64,000 nt of DNA from Chloroflexota bacterium (GCA_019873625.1 JAIOAW010000007.1:13596-77595); one strand, 5' to 3'; shown: positions 19,227 through 29,164, counted from the first letter of the stretch. Numbers and translations are program-made. The notes: generated by a model not told the origin, from the sequence alone.

Positions 19227-20714
19227 TTAGGTTGCTCGTTCAGGGGCACGGGAGGCGCGCTCTACGGCCTGGCGCAGGCCCTCTTGCAGCACAGAGGCCT
19301 CCGGCGGGCAGCCGCGCACCCAGATGACGTCATCCTCGGCATCCATATCAAACTGCGCGGCGCGTTCGCGGAGGATGCGCACGTAACGCTGCATACAATC
19401 GCCGATGACGAGTTCCACGTGCCACCCAGCGCGATCCACCTTCTCCCCTTGGAAGACCTCCGCCCCCGCCGCGCTGAGGCGCAGCCAGGCCCGGGCCTCC
19501 GCCGGCAGCCCCGCGAGGACTCCTTGGGCGAGGGCGCGGCACGCTTGGCAGAAACACCCCGTCTCTTCGAGAGCCGCGATGATCTCCGGCACGGGGGCGG
19601 GGCAACCCGCCGCCCTACGCCCCGCGAGGCCCTCGGCGCGCCGGGCGGCGCAATTCCCCACGATGATCGTCTCCGCCTCTTGGGGCGCAATGTCTCCCTC
19701 GCCGCCGTAGATAAGGCGCAGGGGTTTGTTCAACCTTTGGTAGCGAAAGCGGGAGACGGCCGCCAGGGCCGCGATGCGGCAGCCGCTGCAGGCATCCAAA
19801 TCGCACAGGGTGAGGCCAGGGAGGAGGATTTCCAACTCTTCGGCGGGCGTCATAAAGCGGCGGCGGAGTTCGTCAAGCGGGCTGCCGCGCAGGGCGATCC
19901 GTTCGCGGTCGCCAATCCCCACGCCATCGGCGATGGCCCACTCCAGGTAGCGCGTGCGCTGATGGGCGATCCCCATCACCTCTCGGGCGATGACATCCAC
20001 CGCCACGGGGTCATTCCCCGCCATCATCAGGCGAGCGCGCGCTGGCCGCTCAAAGTCGGTTCCGCCGGCGATGCCCTCGGCGCCATCCCAGCCATCCACG
20101 ATGATGAGGTCGGGCTTGCGGATGCGGTTGAGATCCACGAGCGAGGCCTCGATTTGGTATTCACGGTGAATCTCGGTGCGCTTCCACTGCGGCGTGAGGG
20201 CGAAACTGTTCTTGAGCGCTACGGTGTAATCGGTGGTGATGTGCGTCTTGAGGCAGGGCACCGAGATAAAGACGTCGCACTCGCGCACGAGCCGCGAGAA
20301 GGGGAGGGCCCCCGGGTAACGCCCGTTGGGGATGCGCATCTCATCGTGAGGGCCGGCGTCGAGGTTATAGAGCATAACGCCTAGGCGCGTGGCCATCTGG
20401 CGCCAGCCGCCCGTGGGGAAGGCCGTCTCGTGGCGGGTGCCAAAGGCCCCTGTGCCTTCGGCCACGATGATGCGGCTAGGGAAGCCAGCGCGCACCGCCT
20501 CGACGATGGCCGCGACGAGATCCGTATGGGTGGTGCCGCCGGAGGTCTCGGGCGCGTTCGCCGTGAGGTTCGGCTTGATGACGACCCTCTGCCCAGGGCG
20601 CACAAAACGGGTGATGCCCCCCAAGTCTCTCAGGCAGGCGCCCAGTGTGGCCCGCAGGGCCGAGAACTCGCGCCACGGCCGCATCGTAACGATGGCTTGC
20701 TCGCTCAAAGGCAC
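19227..20714 (-). CDS. DUF362 Fe-S protein with duplicated Cys-rich C-terminal module
   Basis: VVIKPN, TTH, VPCLKTH, ALKN, DPVAVD; C-terminal ACSGC, GNC..GCP, GDC..GCPP. Confidence 0.8.
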   Translation of the reverse strand: MPLSEQAIVTMRPWREFSALRATLGACLRDLGGITRFVRPGQRVVIKPNLTANAPETSGGTTHTDLVAAIVEAVRAGFPSRIIVAEGTGAFGTRHETAFPTGGWRQMATRLGVMLYNLDAGPHDEMRIPNGRYPGALPFSRLVRECDVFISVPCLKTHITTDYTVALKNSFALTPQWKRTEIHREYQIEASLVDLNRIRKPDLIIVDGWDGAEGIAGGTDFERPARARLMMAGNDPVAVDVIAREVMGIAHQRTRYLEWAIADGVGIGDRERIALRGSPLDELRRRFMTPAEELEILLPGLTLCDLDACSGCRIAALAAVSRFRYQRLNKPLRLIYGGEGDIAPQEAETIIVGNCAARRAEGLAGRRAAGCPAPVPEIIAALEETGCFCQACRALAQGVLAGLPAEARAWLRLSAAGAEVFQGEKVDRAGWHVELVIGDCMQRYVRILRERAAQFDMDAEDDVIWVRGCPPEASVLQEGLRQAVERASRAPERAT

Positions 20715-20797
20715 CTCCTATGGCAAGGTGTTGAGGGATGCGCGCGGGGCGCATACTCGTTACTATACGCCAACTCGCCGGAGGCGTCGAATCGGTT

Positions 20798-21769
20798 TCA
20801 CCGGGCCAGGTCTCGCGCGGCCGGGAGGCCCTCCACTCCCTCTGCAGCCCAGGCGGCGTTCAGCACAGCGCGTTCCACGGCCTGCGCTGCCAGGCTATAG
20901 ACCACGAGCGGATGCGCCTCCACGCGGCCTGTGGCCAAGGCGAAAAGAGTATCCCCATCATACAGGGTATGCGAAGGGGAAATAGTGCGCGCTAGGCCGT
21001 CGTGCGCGGCGGAGGCCATCTGGTTTGCTTGGGCTGCGTCGAGGCGGGCATTGGTGGCGACCACGCCGATCACCGTATTCCCCCAAGAAGCCATGCGCCC
21101 AAGCGGCAATTGCGCAAGGGCCCGCGCCGTATCGAGGAACCCCTGCCCATCGGGCCGGCGGGCGCCGGCGATGATCTGCCCCGTGGCGGGGTCGCGGATA
21201 TCTCCAAAGGCATTCACGGCCACCAGCGCCGCTACCACGAGTTCGCCCGTTCTGATGCTAGAGGTGCCGAGGCCCGCTTTGCAGGCGTGGGCCATACCCA
21301 GGAGTTTCCCCACGGTGGCGCCCGTCCCTACGCCCACGTTGCCCTGGGCGTTGTTGGGGGCGCTCGCCGCGCGGCAGGCGGCGTAACCCATCTCGGCATT
21401 AGGGCGCACCTCAGGGAGGCCGAGGCCCAAATCGAAGAGCACCGCCCCCGGCACGATGGGCACGCGCACCGGCCCGGCCTCGAACCCGATGCCCTCCTCT
21501 TCTAGGTAGCGCATCACGCCATCCGCGGCGGCCAGGCCGAAGGCGCTGCCCCCTGTGAGGAGGATGGCCTGGGCGCGTTCCACCAAGGTGCCGGGGCGCA
21601 GGAGGTCCGTCTCGCGGGTGCCGGGTGCCAAGCCCCGCACCGAGACGCCCCCGATGGCCCCCTCACGGCAAAGGATGACCGTGCATCCCGTAAGGGCCTC
21701 TCGGTTTGTGGCATGCCCGACCTCGAGGCCCTCGACATCCGTCAGCGCGCCGGGGGCGAGATTAGCCAT
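20798..21769 (-). CDS. P1/S58 (DmpA/OAT superfamily) Ntn hydrolase, Thr-nucleophile ThnT/NylC type
   Basis: APGTRET, LTGGSAFGL, GNTVIGVVATN, HTLYDGDTLF. Confidence 0.85.
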   Translation of the reverse strand: MANLAPGALTDVEGLEVGHATNREALTGCTVILCREGAIGGVSVRGLAPGTRETDLLRPGTLVERAQAILLTGGSAFGLAAADGVMRYLEEEGIGFEAGPVRVPIVPGAVLFDLGLGLPEVRPNAEMGYAACRAASAPNNAQGNVGVGTGATVGKLLGMAHACKAGLGTSSIRTGELVVAALVAVNAFGDIRDPATGQIIAGARRPDGQGFLDTARALAQLPLGRMASWGNTVIGVVATNARLDAAQANQMASAAHDGLARTISPSHTLYDGDTLFALATGRVEAHPLVVYSLAAQAVERAVLNAAWAAEGVEGLPAARDLAR

Positions 21770-22982
21770 GGTCACGCCTCCAAAGTGCGGCCACGCGGGC
21801 GATGATGTGCTCGGCTACATCTGCCTTGGTCATAAGGGGCAGGGCCTCTTGTTCGCCGGCCGGGTTGAGGAGGATGACCCGGTTCGTATCCACCTCGAAA
21901 CCGCTATCGGCGGAAGAGACGTCATTGGCCACCATCAGGTCTAGCCGTTTGGCCTGCATCTTGCTCAGGGCATTTTCGAGGAGGTTTTCCGTCTCGGCGG
22001 CAAAGCCCACCACAAGGAGCCGATGGGCGAGGGCCGGGCGCCTTCGGGCCACCTCCGCCAAGATATCTTCCGTCTTTTCCAATTCGAGGAGGAGCGCCCC
22101 CTCGCCCTTTTTGATTTTTTGCTCGGCGGTTACTTTGGGGCGGTAATCGGCCACGGCTGCGGCCATCACAAGGATATCCGTTTCCTCCAGGCGGCCCAGC
22201 ACGGCCTCGGCCATCTCGGCGGCCGTGCGCACGTTCACCCTCTCTACGCCGTAAGGGGTGTTCAGGGCTGTGGGCGCCGTAATGAGCGTAACCTGAGCGC
22301 CGGCATCGCGCGCCGCCTCAGCCAACGCATAGCCCATTTTGCCGGAAGAGCGGTTGGTCAGGTGGCGCACGGGGTCAAGCGGCTCTTGGGTGCCGCCGGC
22401 CGTCACCACCAGCCGCGCCCCTGCCAAAGGCCCCTTGCGCCCCAAGGTCTGGCGGATGGCCCCCAGAATGTCCTCCGTGGCCACCAGGCGGCCGGCCCCG
22501 ATGCGCCCCGAGGCCAACCGTCCATAGCCCGGCCCCACGATGACGGCGCCCCGCGCGCGGAGCGCGGCGATATTCGCCTGGGTGATGGGGTTCTCCCACA
22601 TATCCGTATCCATCGCCGGCGCTAGGACGAGCGGCGCCGTGCAGGCGAGCGCCGTGCTCGTGAGGAGGTTATCGGCCAAGCCGTGGGCCAGTTTGGCGAT
22701 GGTGTTTGCCGTGGCCGGTGCGATGACGAGCACATCGGCCCGTTCGGCCAGCGAGATGTGTGCCATATCCGTATCGCGCAAGAGTTGGAACATATCCACC
22801 GAGACGGGCCGTTTGGTCAAGGTTTGAAAGGTCAGGGGCGTCATAAAGGCCAAGGCCGCTGGGGTCATGATCACATCCACGATGGCCCCGGCCTGCACCA
22901 ACTTGCTGCACAGGTCAGCCGCCTTGTAGCAGGCGATGCCCCCCGTGATGCCCAGGACGATATTCTTCCCCTTGAGGATCAT
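21762..22982 (-). CDS. coaBC: Bifunctional phosphopantothenoylcysteine decarboxylase/ligase
   Basis: GITGGIACYK, APATAN, TAGGTQEPLDPVR, NRSSGKMG, AAAVADY. Confidence 0.96.
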   Translation of the reverse strand: MILKGKNIVLGITGGIACYKAADLCSKLVQAGAIVDVIMTPAALAFMTPLTFQTLTKRPVSVDMFQLLRDTDMAHISLAERADVLVIAPATANTIAKLAHGLADNLLTSTALACTAPLVLAPAMDTDMWENPITQANIAALRARGAVIVGPGYGRLASGRIGAGRLVATEDILGAIRQTLGRKGPLAGARLVVTAGGTQEPLDPVRHLTNRSSGKMGYALAEAARDAGAQVTLITAPTALNTPYGVERVNVRTAAEMAEAVLGRLEETDILVMAAAVADYRPKVTAEQKIKKGEGALLLELEKTEDILAEVARRRPALAHRLLVVGFAAETENLLENALSKMQAKRLDLMVANDVSSADSGFEVDTNRVILLNPAGEQEALPLMTKADVAEHIIARVAALWRRDHG

Positions 22983-23752
22983 CGCGCCCCCCGATTCATC
23001 TCATAAATGATGCGCAGGCCCTTGAGCGTGAGCCAAGGGTCCACATGCTGGATGACCGAGGTCTCGGCGGCGATGATGGCCGCCAGCCCCCCGGTGGCGA
23101 TGACGCGCATCGCCTCGCCCAATTCGCGGCGGAAGCGTTCCACCATCCCCTCGACGAGGCCCACATACCCAAAGAGGATGCCCGAACGCATCGCCTCCAC
23201 GGTGTTTGTGCCGATGGCGCGCTCGGGGCGTTGGAGGTCAATGCGGGGCAGTTTGGCCGTGCGTTGAAAGAGGGCCTCGGCGGCTACCATAATGCCGGGC
23301 GAGATGGCCCCGCCGAGGTAGTCTCCCTGGGCAGAGATGGCATCGAACGTGGTAGCCGTGCCGAAATCTACGATGCAGGCCGGCCCCCCGTAGAGGCGGA
23401 AGGCCGCCGCCGCGTTGACGATGCGGTCGGCGCCCACATCGCGCGGGCTATCGTAGCGGATGGCCACGCCCGTCTTGACGCCCGCGCCCACCACCAGGAG
23501 GGGCGCCTCGGTGTAGAGGCGCAGCATCTCGCAGAAGCGATCGGTCACCGGCGGCACCACGCTCGCCAAGGCGATGCTGTCAATATCCCGCAAGGTATAG
23601 CCATAGTAGGCCAGGAGGCTGGCCAGGATCATCGCGTATTCATCGGGCATCTTTTGGTGATCGGTGCTGATGCGCCAATGGGTGAGGAGTTCCTCGCCGC
23701 GATAAAGGCCCATCACGATGTTCGTGTTGCCGATATCCACACACAGGAGCAC
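22979..23752 (-). CDS. coaX: Type III pantothenate kinase
   Basis: DIGNTN, GADRIVN, VDFGTATT, GGAISPG. Confidence 0.95.
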   Translation of the reverse strand: MLLCVDIGNTNIVMGLYRGEELLTHWRISTDHQKMPDEYAMILASLLAYYGYTLRDIDSIALASVVPPVTDRFCEMLRLYTEAPLLVVGAGVKTGVAIRYDSPRDVGADRIVNAAAAFRLYGGPACIVDFGTATTFDAISAQGDYLGGAISPGIMVAAEALFQRTAKLPRIDLQRPERAIGTNTVEAMRSGILFGYVGLVEGMVERFRRELGEAMRVIATGGLAAIIAAETSVIQHVDPWLTLKGLRIIYEMNRGAR

Positions 23753-23773
23753 GCCACACCTCCCTTTCCTCGA

Positions 23774-24523
23774 TTACAGCCGCGCTCGGCGCCAGCGAGA
23801 GCCGATCTGCCGCAGGGCGGTCACAACCGCTACCGTGATGATGCCCGAGGCGATGACCTCCGGCACGCCGTGGGTCAGGCCGATGCCCCAGGCCGCCTCT
23901 TGGGGAATATACCCCCGAAGCACCGCCGCGGAAAGCACGAGCACGGTGTTGGTAAGCGACCCCACGGCCGCGGCGATGCCCAGCGCTACCACCTGCACAT
24001 CTTCGCGGCGCATCCACCAGAAGAGGAACGCCGCGCCTGCCACCGAAAGCACGCCCCAGGTAATGCCCAGCCAGAGGATGGTGCCGGCCATTTGCCAACT
24101 AAAGAGAAGCATAAAGCCGAGCAATACGGCGAGCAAAATTGCCAAGACGGGCTTGCTCGCTCGGCGCACGGCGAAAAAGGCGAAGCTCGCCGTCACGCCG
24201 ATGAAGAGGCGCGGGACGATGGCCACAAGGGGGTCTTTGAACATAGGGATGGTGGCCCGCGCGAAACTGGCAAAGCCGAAGCCCATCCCTACGAGCAGCC
24301 CCACGAGCGGCCCCTCGAGGATGCCCCCGATGATGGCGGGGATGTGGGCGATGGTGGCATGGCCCGCCGGCGTGGGCACGGGGAACATCCCGATGGTCGT
24401 AAAGACGAGAAGTAGCGTGATGGCCAAAAGGAGGCCCGCCGTGGTAACGCGCCGGATGGCGCGTTCGCTGGCCACGGCCAAAGCCTTCTCTTGGCGGGTT
24501 ACGGTCGGCCGATGCTTGCTCAT
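23774..24523 (-). CDS. panT: ECF transporter S component, probably pantothenate (PanT-like)
   Basis: ATIAHIP, LEGP, PRLFIG, GSLTNTVLVL, HGVPE; context with coaX/coaBC. Confidence 0.75.
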   Translation of the reverse strand: MSKHRPTVTRQEKALAVASERAIRRVTTAGLLLAITLLLVFTTIGMFPVPTPAGHATIAHIPAIIGGILEGPLVGLLVGMGFGFASFARATIPMFKDPLVAIVPRLFIGVTASFAFFAVRRASKPVLAILLAVLLGFMLLFSWQMAGTILWLGITWGVLSVAGAAFLFWWMRREDVQVVALGIAAAVGSLTNTVLVLSAAVLRGYIPQEAAWGIGLTHGVPEVIASGIITVAVVTALRQIGSRWRRARL

Positions 24524-24542
24524 TAGGGTATCCCTCCTGGAA

Positions 24543-25391
24543 TTATGGCCAATGGGCGATGTATTGGCCCACAAGGATGCCGCCAAAGAGGAGCACGCTC
24601 GCCCCTAGGGCGGCGTAATCTCCCCTGTTTAGCCGATAACGGATGAGGTGCGTGCGCCCGCGGCCGCCCCGATAGCAGCGGGCCTGCATAGCCAGGGTCA
24701 TCTCTTCGGCGCGACGGTAGGCCTCCACAAAGAGCGGCACGATGAGCGCGGCCATACGCCGGGCGTTTTGCAGAAATTGCCAACGCGAGCGCCCCCCAAG
24801 GCTCGCCCCCCGCGAGGCCTGCGCCTGGACGATCGTCTCCAGCGCCTCCCCCAAGATAGGGATAAAGCGGAGCGCGATGGCCCCCACCATAGAGAGTTCG
24901 TGCCCCGGCAGGCCGAGGGCATCGAGCGGGGCCAGGAGCCTCTCCAGGCCATAGGTGAGGGCGCTCGCCGTGGTGGTGTTGAGCAAGAGGCTGGTGAGGA
25001 AGACGAGGTCTACAAAGCGCACCAACGAAACGGCCACCACGCGGAGGCTCGCCACCGAGATGCGCAGCGGCCCCCAGGCCACGAGCACCTTCGTCTGGGC
25101 CTCGGGGCCGTTGTAGAAAAGGAGTTGCATCGCCGCGAGGAGGAGGATGAAAGCGAGCGCCGGGCGCACGCTAAGGAGCGCATCCCGCGCTCGCAGACGC
25201 GCCCATTTGAGGAGGGCAAAGATGGCGACAAAAAGCAAAAGGTTCGCGCTGTACGTGGTGGCTATGGCCACGGCGATGGTCAAAAGCGCCGCGCCCACAA
25301 GTTTCACGCGGGGGTCCGCCCGGTGGATGGGCGAATCCAGCGGGATGTATTGCCCCAGCGAGGCGTATCTCAGCCCTTCATACCCTGCCAT
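24543..25391 (-). CDS. ecfT: ECF transporter T component
   Basis: HRADPRVK, ALRFIP, ASRG, MQARCY. Confidence 0.92.
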   Translation of the reverse strand: MAGYEGLRYASLGQYIPLDSPIHRADPRVKLVGAALLTIAVAIATTYSANLLLFVAIFALLKWARLRARDALLSVRPALAFILLLAAMQLLFYNGPEAQTKVLVAWGPLRISVASLRVVAVSLVRFVDLVFLTSLLLNTTTASALTYGLERLLAPLDALGLPGHELSMVGAIALRFIPILGEALETIVQAQASRGASLGGRSRWQFLQNARRMAALIVPLFVEAYRRAEEMTLAMQARCYRGGRGRTHLIRYRLNRGDYAALGASVLLFGGILVGQYIAHWP

Positions 25392-26233
25392 ATGGCCTCC
25401 ACCAATTCCTCGCTCCGCATCGGCTCCCCCGCCAAGGGGAACCCGGCCTTCTTCAATGCCCAGGCCAGCCGCACCGTGGGCGGCTCGGCAAGGCCAAGCG
25501 CTCGAAGGCGTTCGGGTTGGGTTAACACTTGGGAGGGCGCCCCTTCGAGCACGGTTTGGCCCTCTTTGAGCACGGTAACCGTGTCGGCTAGGGCGGCCAC
25601 CTCCTCCATATCGTTGGAGACGAGCACGATAGTTACCCCTTGCTCCTCCCGCAAGGCCCGCAAGAGGCGATGCACCTCCTGCCGGCCTTGGGGGTCCAGC
25701 CCCGTCGTCGCTTCATCCAAAAGGAGCACCTCCGGCCGCATCGCGAGCACCCCCGCGAGCGCCACGCGGCGCATCTCCCCGCCGCTCAACGAAAAGGTGT
25801 GCCGATCCACAAAGAGGTCGGGGTCCAGCCCCACGGCGCGGAGCGCCTCGTAGACGCGCGAGCGAACCTCCTCCCGGGCGAGGCCCAATTGGCGCGGGCC
25901 GTAGGCCACATCATCTCCGACGAACCGTTCCAAGAGTTGCTGATGCGCCTCTTGAAACACCAGCCCCACCCGGCGGCGCAGGGCGCTCAAGTCGGTGCGG
26001 GGGTCGGCCGTATCCTGTCCCAAGATGGTTACACATCCCCTCTCGGTGGGGGTGAGCAGGCCATTCAGAAAGCGCAGGAGGGTGGATTTGCCCGCGCCGC
26101 TTTCCCCCACGAGGGCGGCGATCTCGCCGCGGCGCACGGTCAGGTGGGCGCCGCGCAGGGCCTCCCGCGCGAGCGGCGTGCCCTGGAGATAGGTGTGGTG
26201 CAGGTTGCGCACGGAGAGGATCACCTCGCCCAT
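25370..26233 (-). CDS. ecfA2: ECF ATPase A2
   Basis: GESGAGKST, LSGGEMRR, LLDE. Confidence 0.9.
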   Translation of the reverse strand: MGEVILSVRNLHHTYLQGTPLAREALRGAHLTVRRGEIAALVGESGAGKSTLLRFLNGLLTPTERGCVTILGQDTADPRTDLSALRRRVGLVFQEAHQQLLERFVGDDVAYGPRQLGLAREEVRSRVYEALRAVGLDPDLFVDRHTFSLSGGEMRRVALAGVLAMRPEVLLLDEATTGLDPQGRQEVHRLLRALREEQGVTIVLVSNDMEEVAALADTVTVLKEGQTVLEGAPSQVLTQPERLRALGLAEPPTVRLAWALKKAGFPLAGEPMRSEELVEAIWQGMKG

Positions 26234-27075
26234 AGCCGCTCCTTGACGTTGACTAGGGCCTCCACGAGTTCGCGCTCCGTGAGGATAGGGGGCAGGGCCA
26301 CCCCTCGCTCGCGCAGGCCGGCTGCCACGGCCACGGCCGCCGGCGCGGAGAGGTTGAGGCGCCGCAGTGCGGCCTCATCGGCAAAGAAGGCACGCGGGTC
26401 GCCCTCTAGGGCGATGCGCCCCTCTGCCAAGGCCACGATGCGGTCGGCCAGGGCGGCCTCGCCCATATGGTGCGTTACCATAATGAGGGTCATCCCTTGT
26501 TGGTGGAGGCGCCCGAGGAGTTCGAGCACGGCCTCGCGGGCCAAGGGGTCGAGGAAGGCCGTGGCCTCATCGAGGATGAGGCATTCGGGGCGCATCGCGA
26601 GGATGCTCGCGATGGCTAGGCGCCCCTTTTGCCCTGCCGAAAGGCTGTGCGGGTTGGCCTGGCGGAGGGCGGTGAGGCCGGAGATTTCAAGCGCCTCGTC
26701 TACGCGCTCGCGCAATACGGCAGGCGGGAGGCCGAGGTTCTCTGGCCCAAAGGCCACTTCCTCTTCCACGGTGCTGGCCACGAATTGATTATCCGGGTTT
26801 TGGAAGACGATGCCCACCGTTTGGCGAATGGTGAGCCAATGGGCGCGCTCGCGGGTGTTCAGGCCTTTCACCCACACCTCCCCCGCGGTGGGCAAGAGGA
26901 GGGCATTGAGGCATTTGGCCAGGGTAGATTTGCCCGAGCCGTTATGCCCGATGAGGGCAAGCCATTCGCCGCGCGGCACGGCCAGGTCCACGCCCTTGAG
27001 CGCCTCCACGGGCGCCTCGGAGCCGGCGCCATACACGTAGCGCAGCCCTTCCACGCGGATGAGGAAATCGGCCAT
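26221..27075 (-). CDS. ecfA1: ECF ATPase A1
   Basis: GHNGSGKST, VFQNPDNQ, LSAGQ. Confidence 0.9.
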   Translation of the reverse strand: MADFLIRVEGLRYVYGAGSEAPVEALKGVDLAVPRGEWLALIGHNGSGKSTLAKCLNALLLPTAGEVWVKGLNTRERAHWLTIRQTVGIVFQNPDNQFVASTVEEEVAFGPENLGLPPAVLRERVDEALEISGLTALRQANPHSLSAGQKGRLAIASILAMRPECLILDEATAFLDPLAREAVLELLGRLHQQGMTLIMVTHHMGEAALADRIVALAEGRIALEGDPRAFFADEAALRRLNLSAPAAVAVAAGLRERGVALPPILTERELVEALVNVKERLWAR

Positions 27076-27087
27076 AATGCCCCTTCT

Positions 27088-27121
27088 CAACAAAAACGCC
27101 TCGCGCCGACGCGCGAGGCGG
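27088..27121 (-). terminator. Leader (attenuation) terminator just upstream of ecfA1
   Basis: CGCCTCGCGC-GTCG-GCGCGAGGCG then TTTTTGTT, ending about 13 nt before the start codon. Confidence 0.85.
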
Positions 27122-27159
27122 GAAAATGCAGCACTCTCTATGGAGCGTGCTCGAATATC

Positions 27160-27193
27160 CTGCCGTCTCGGTCGCCGTGCGATCCAAGCGACG
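27160..27193 (-). ncRNA. pan RNA motif-like cis-regulatory hairpin
   Basis: GTCGCTTGG(A)TCGC-ACG-GCGACCGAG(A)CGGC stem with two bulged As, in the 5' UTR of a pantothenate/CoA operon. Confidence 0.75.
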
Positions 27194-27244
27194 TGTTGTG
27201 CTCGAACCCTTGCTCAATGCCCCCGAGGGGTCATTGGCACATAG

Positions 27245-27272
27245 ATTGTATGCGAGATGGGCCAAAAAGCAA
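27245..27272 (-). promoter_or_regulatory. sigma70 promoter of the pan leader
   Basis: TTGCTT-16-TACAAT. Confidence 0.55.
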
Positions 27273-27312
27273 ATCTTGGGGCCTATGCGAGGCAGGCGCC
27301 TCGCGCTTCACA

Positions 27313-27344
27313 ACCTCACGCAGGGTTTGAACCTGCGGGAGGGT
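27313..27344. repeat. REP-like palindrome, copy 3
   Basis: ACCTCACGCAGG-GTTTGAA-CCTGCGGGAGGGT. Confidence 0.6.
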
Positions 27345-27410
27345 CGGCTTCCGCACCCCACGACCGGAGCGCGGGCCTCCCGGCCCGCGTGCGAGGCAAG
27401 AGCCTCGCGT

Positions 27411-29078
27411 TTAGCGCCCCGCTACGATGGAGGCGACGTCCTCCTCCACCGATTGGATGGGGCGCAGATCAAACGTCTTGACGAGCGCCTCGACGATGCC
27501 CGGCGCGAGAAAGGCGGGCAACGTCGGCCCCAAACGGATGCGCTTGACTCCAAGCGAAAGGAGCGCCAAGAGCACAATGACCGCCTTCTGTTCGTACCAG
27601 GCGATATCGTAGGCGATGGGCAAATCGTTGATGCTCTGGGCGCCCAGGGCCTCGGCCAGTTTCATCGCGATGACCACTAGGGAGTAGGAATCGTTGCACT
27701 GGCCGGCATCGAGCACCCTGGGCAGGCCGCCGAGGGTGCCCAGGCCCAGTTTGTTGTAGCGATATTTCGCACAGCCGGCCGTGAGGATGATGGTATCGGC
27801 CGGTAGGGCCTTGGCCACCTCGGTATAGTACTCGCGCGAGCGCATACGGCCATCGCAGCCGGCCATCACCACAAAACGTTTGATGGCCCCGGCCTTGATC
27901 GCCTCGATGATTTGGCTAGCCCGGCTCAGAACGGATTCATGGGCATAGCCGATGGGCAGCGTGCCGCTTTCGAGGGGCTGCGGGCTTGGGCACTGGAGGG
28001 CCTTTTCGATGATCGGCGAAAAATCCTTGGGGGCCTCTCCAAGGCGGTCGGGGATGTGCGGCACGCCGGGCCAACTCACCACGCCCGTCGTGAACAGGCG
28101 CCCAATGTAACTGGGCCTCGGCGGGATGAGGCAGTTCGTCGTCATCAAAATGGGGCCGTTGAACTTTTCGAACTGTTCCCCTTGCTGCCACCAGGCCCCG
28201 CCATAGTTGCCCACCAGGTGCTCGTACTTTTTGAGGGCCGGGTAGGCATGCGCCGGGAGCATCTCGCCGTGGGTGTAGATGTTGATGCCCTTCCCCTTGG
28301 TCTGCTCCAAGAGTTCGTGCAGGTCTCGCAAATCATGCCCGCTCACGAGGATGCCCGGCCCCGGTTTGACGCCCAAATAAACCTCCGTCGGCTCGGGGTG
28401 GCCGTAAGTGGCCGTGTTCGCCCGGTCGAGGAGGGCCATCGTGCGCACACCCATCTCGCCGGTACGCTGGACCCAGGCCATAAGGTCCTCCGCCGTGAGC
28501 GAGTCATCCGTAATGGCAGCGAGCGCCTCTTGGATGAACGTCATAACGGCCTCATCGCGGTAGCCGAGCACCAGGGCGTGGTCGGCATAGGCGGCCATCC
28601 CCTTGAGGCCGAACTGGATGAGGTGCCGCAGAGAACGCACCTCGGCAGGGAGGGCGGCCGGTTCGAGAAGGCCCACCGAACGGCTCACGGCCAACCAGCC
28701 CTCGAGCGTATCTGCCTCCGGCTTGAACGTCGCTTCAAGGGGCAGCCGTTCGGGCAGAGCGCCGGCCCGAGCCAACCACTCCCGCAGGGCCTCGCGGAGG
28801 GCATAGGCGCGGCGCACGAGGGCCAGCATCGTCTCCGGGTCAAAGTTCACGTTCGTGATGGTCGTGAACAACCCCTCGAGGAGGAATCGGTCCACGTCCG
28901 CATCGGGGGCCTCTGCCGGCAGGCCGCGCGCGGCGAGGCGATAAACGGAGATGCCCTTCAGGAGGGCCATAAGGGCATCTTGCAGGTTGGCCACAGGCTC
29001 CTCTTTGCCGCACACCCCGCGCACGGTGCACCCTTGGCCGCGCGCCGTCTCTTGGCACTGATAACAGAACATACCCAT
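27411..29078 (-). CDS. hcp: Hybrid cluster protein (hydroxylamine/NO reductase)
   Basis: [10 protein letters not shown]...[36 protein letters not shown]. Confidence 0.96.
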   Translation of the reverse strand: MGMFCYQCQETARGQGCTVRGVCGKEEPVANLQDALMALLKGISVYRLAARGLPAEAPDADVDRFLLEGLFTTITNVNFDPETMLALVRRAYALREALREWLARAGALPERLPLEATFKPEADTLEGWLAVSRSVGLLEPAALPAEVRSLRHLIQFGLKGMAAYADHALVLGYRDEAVMTFIQEALAAITDDSLTAEDLMAWVQRTGEMGVRTMALLDRANTATYGHPEPTEVYLGVKPGPGILVSGHDLRDLHELLEQTKGKGINIYTHGEMLPAHAYPALKKYEHLVGNYGGAWWQQGEQFEKFNGPILMTTNCLIPPRPSYIGRLFTTGVVSWPGVPHIPDRLGEAPKDFSPIIEKALQCPSPQPLESGTLPIGYAHESVLSRASQIIEAIKAGAIKRFVVMAGCDGRMRSREYYTEVAKALPADTIILTAGCAKYRYNKLGLGTLGGLPRVLDAGQCNDSYSLVVIAMKLAEALGAQSINDLPIAYDIAWYEQKAVIVLLALLSLGVKRIRLGPTLPAFLAPGIVEALVKTFDLRPIQSVEEDVASIVAGR

Positions 29079-29164
29079 CGTTTCGCTCCTTTCTCACTTT
29101 ATCTTGCCACTTATTTTAGCAGGGTGAAAGGCCCCGCGATGTGATTTTTGTTCCATAAGCGGCT

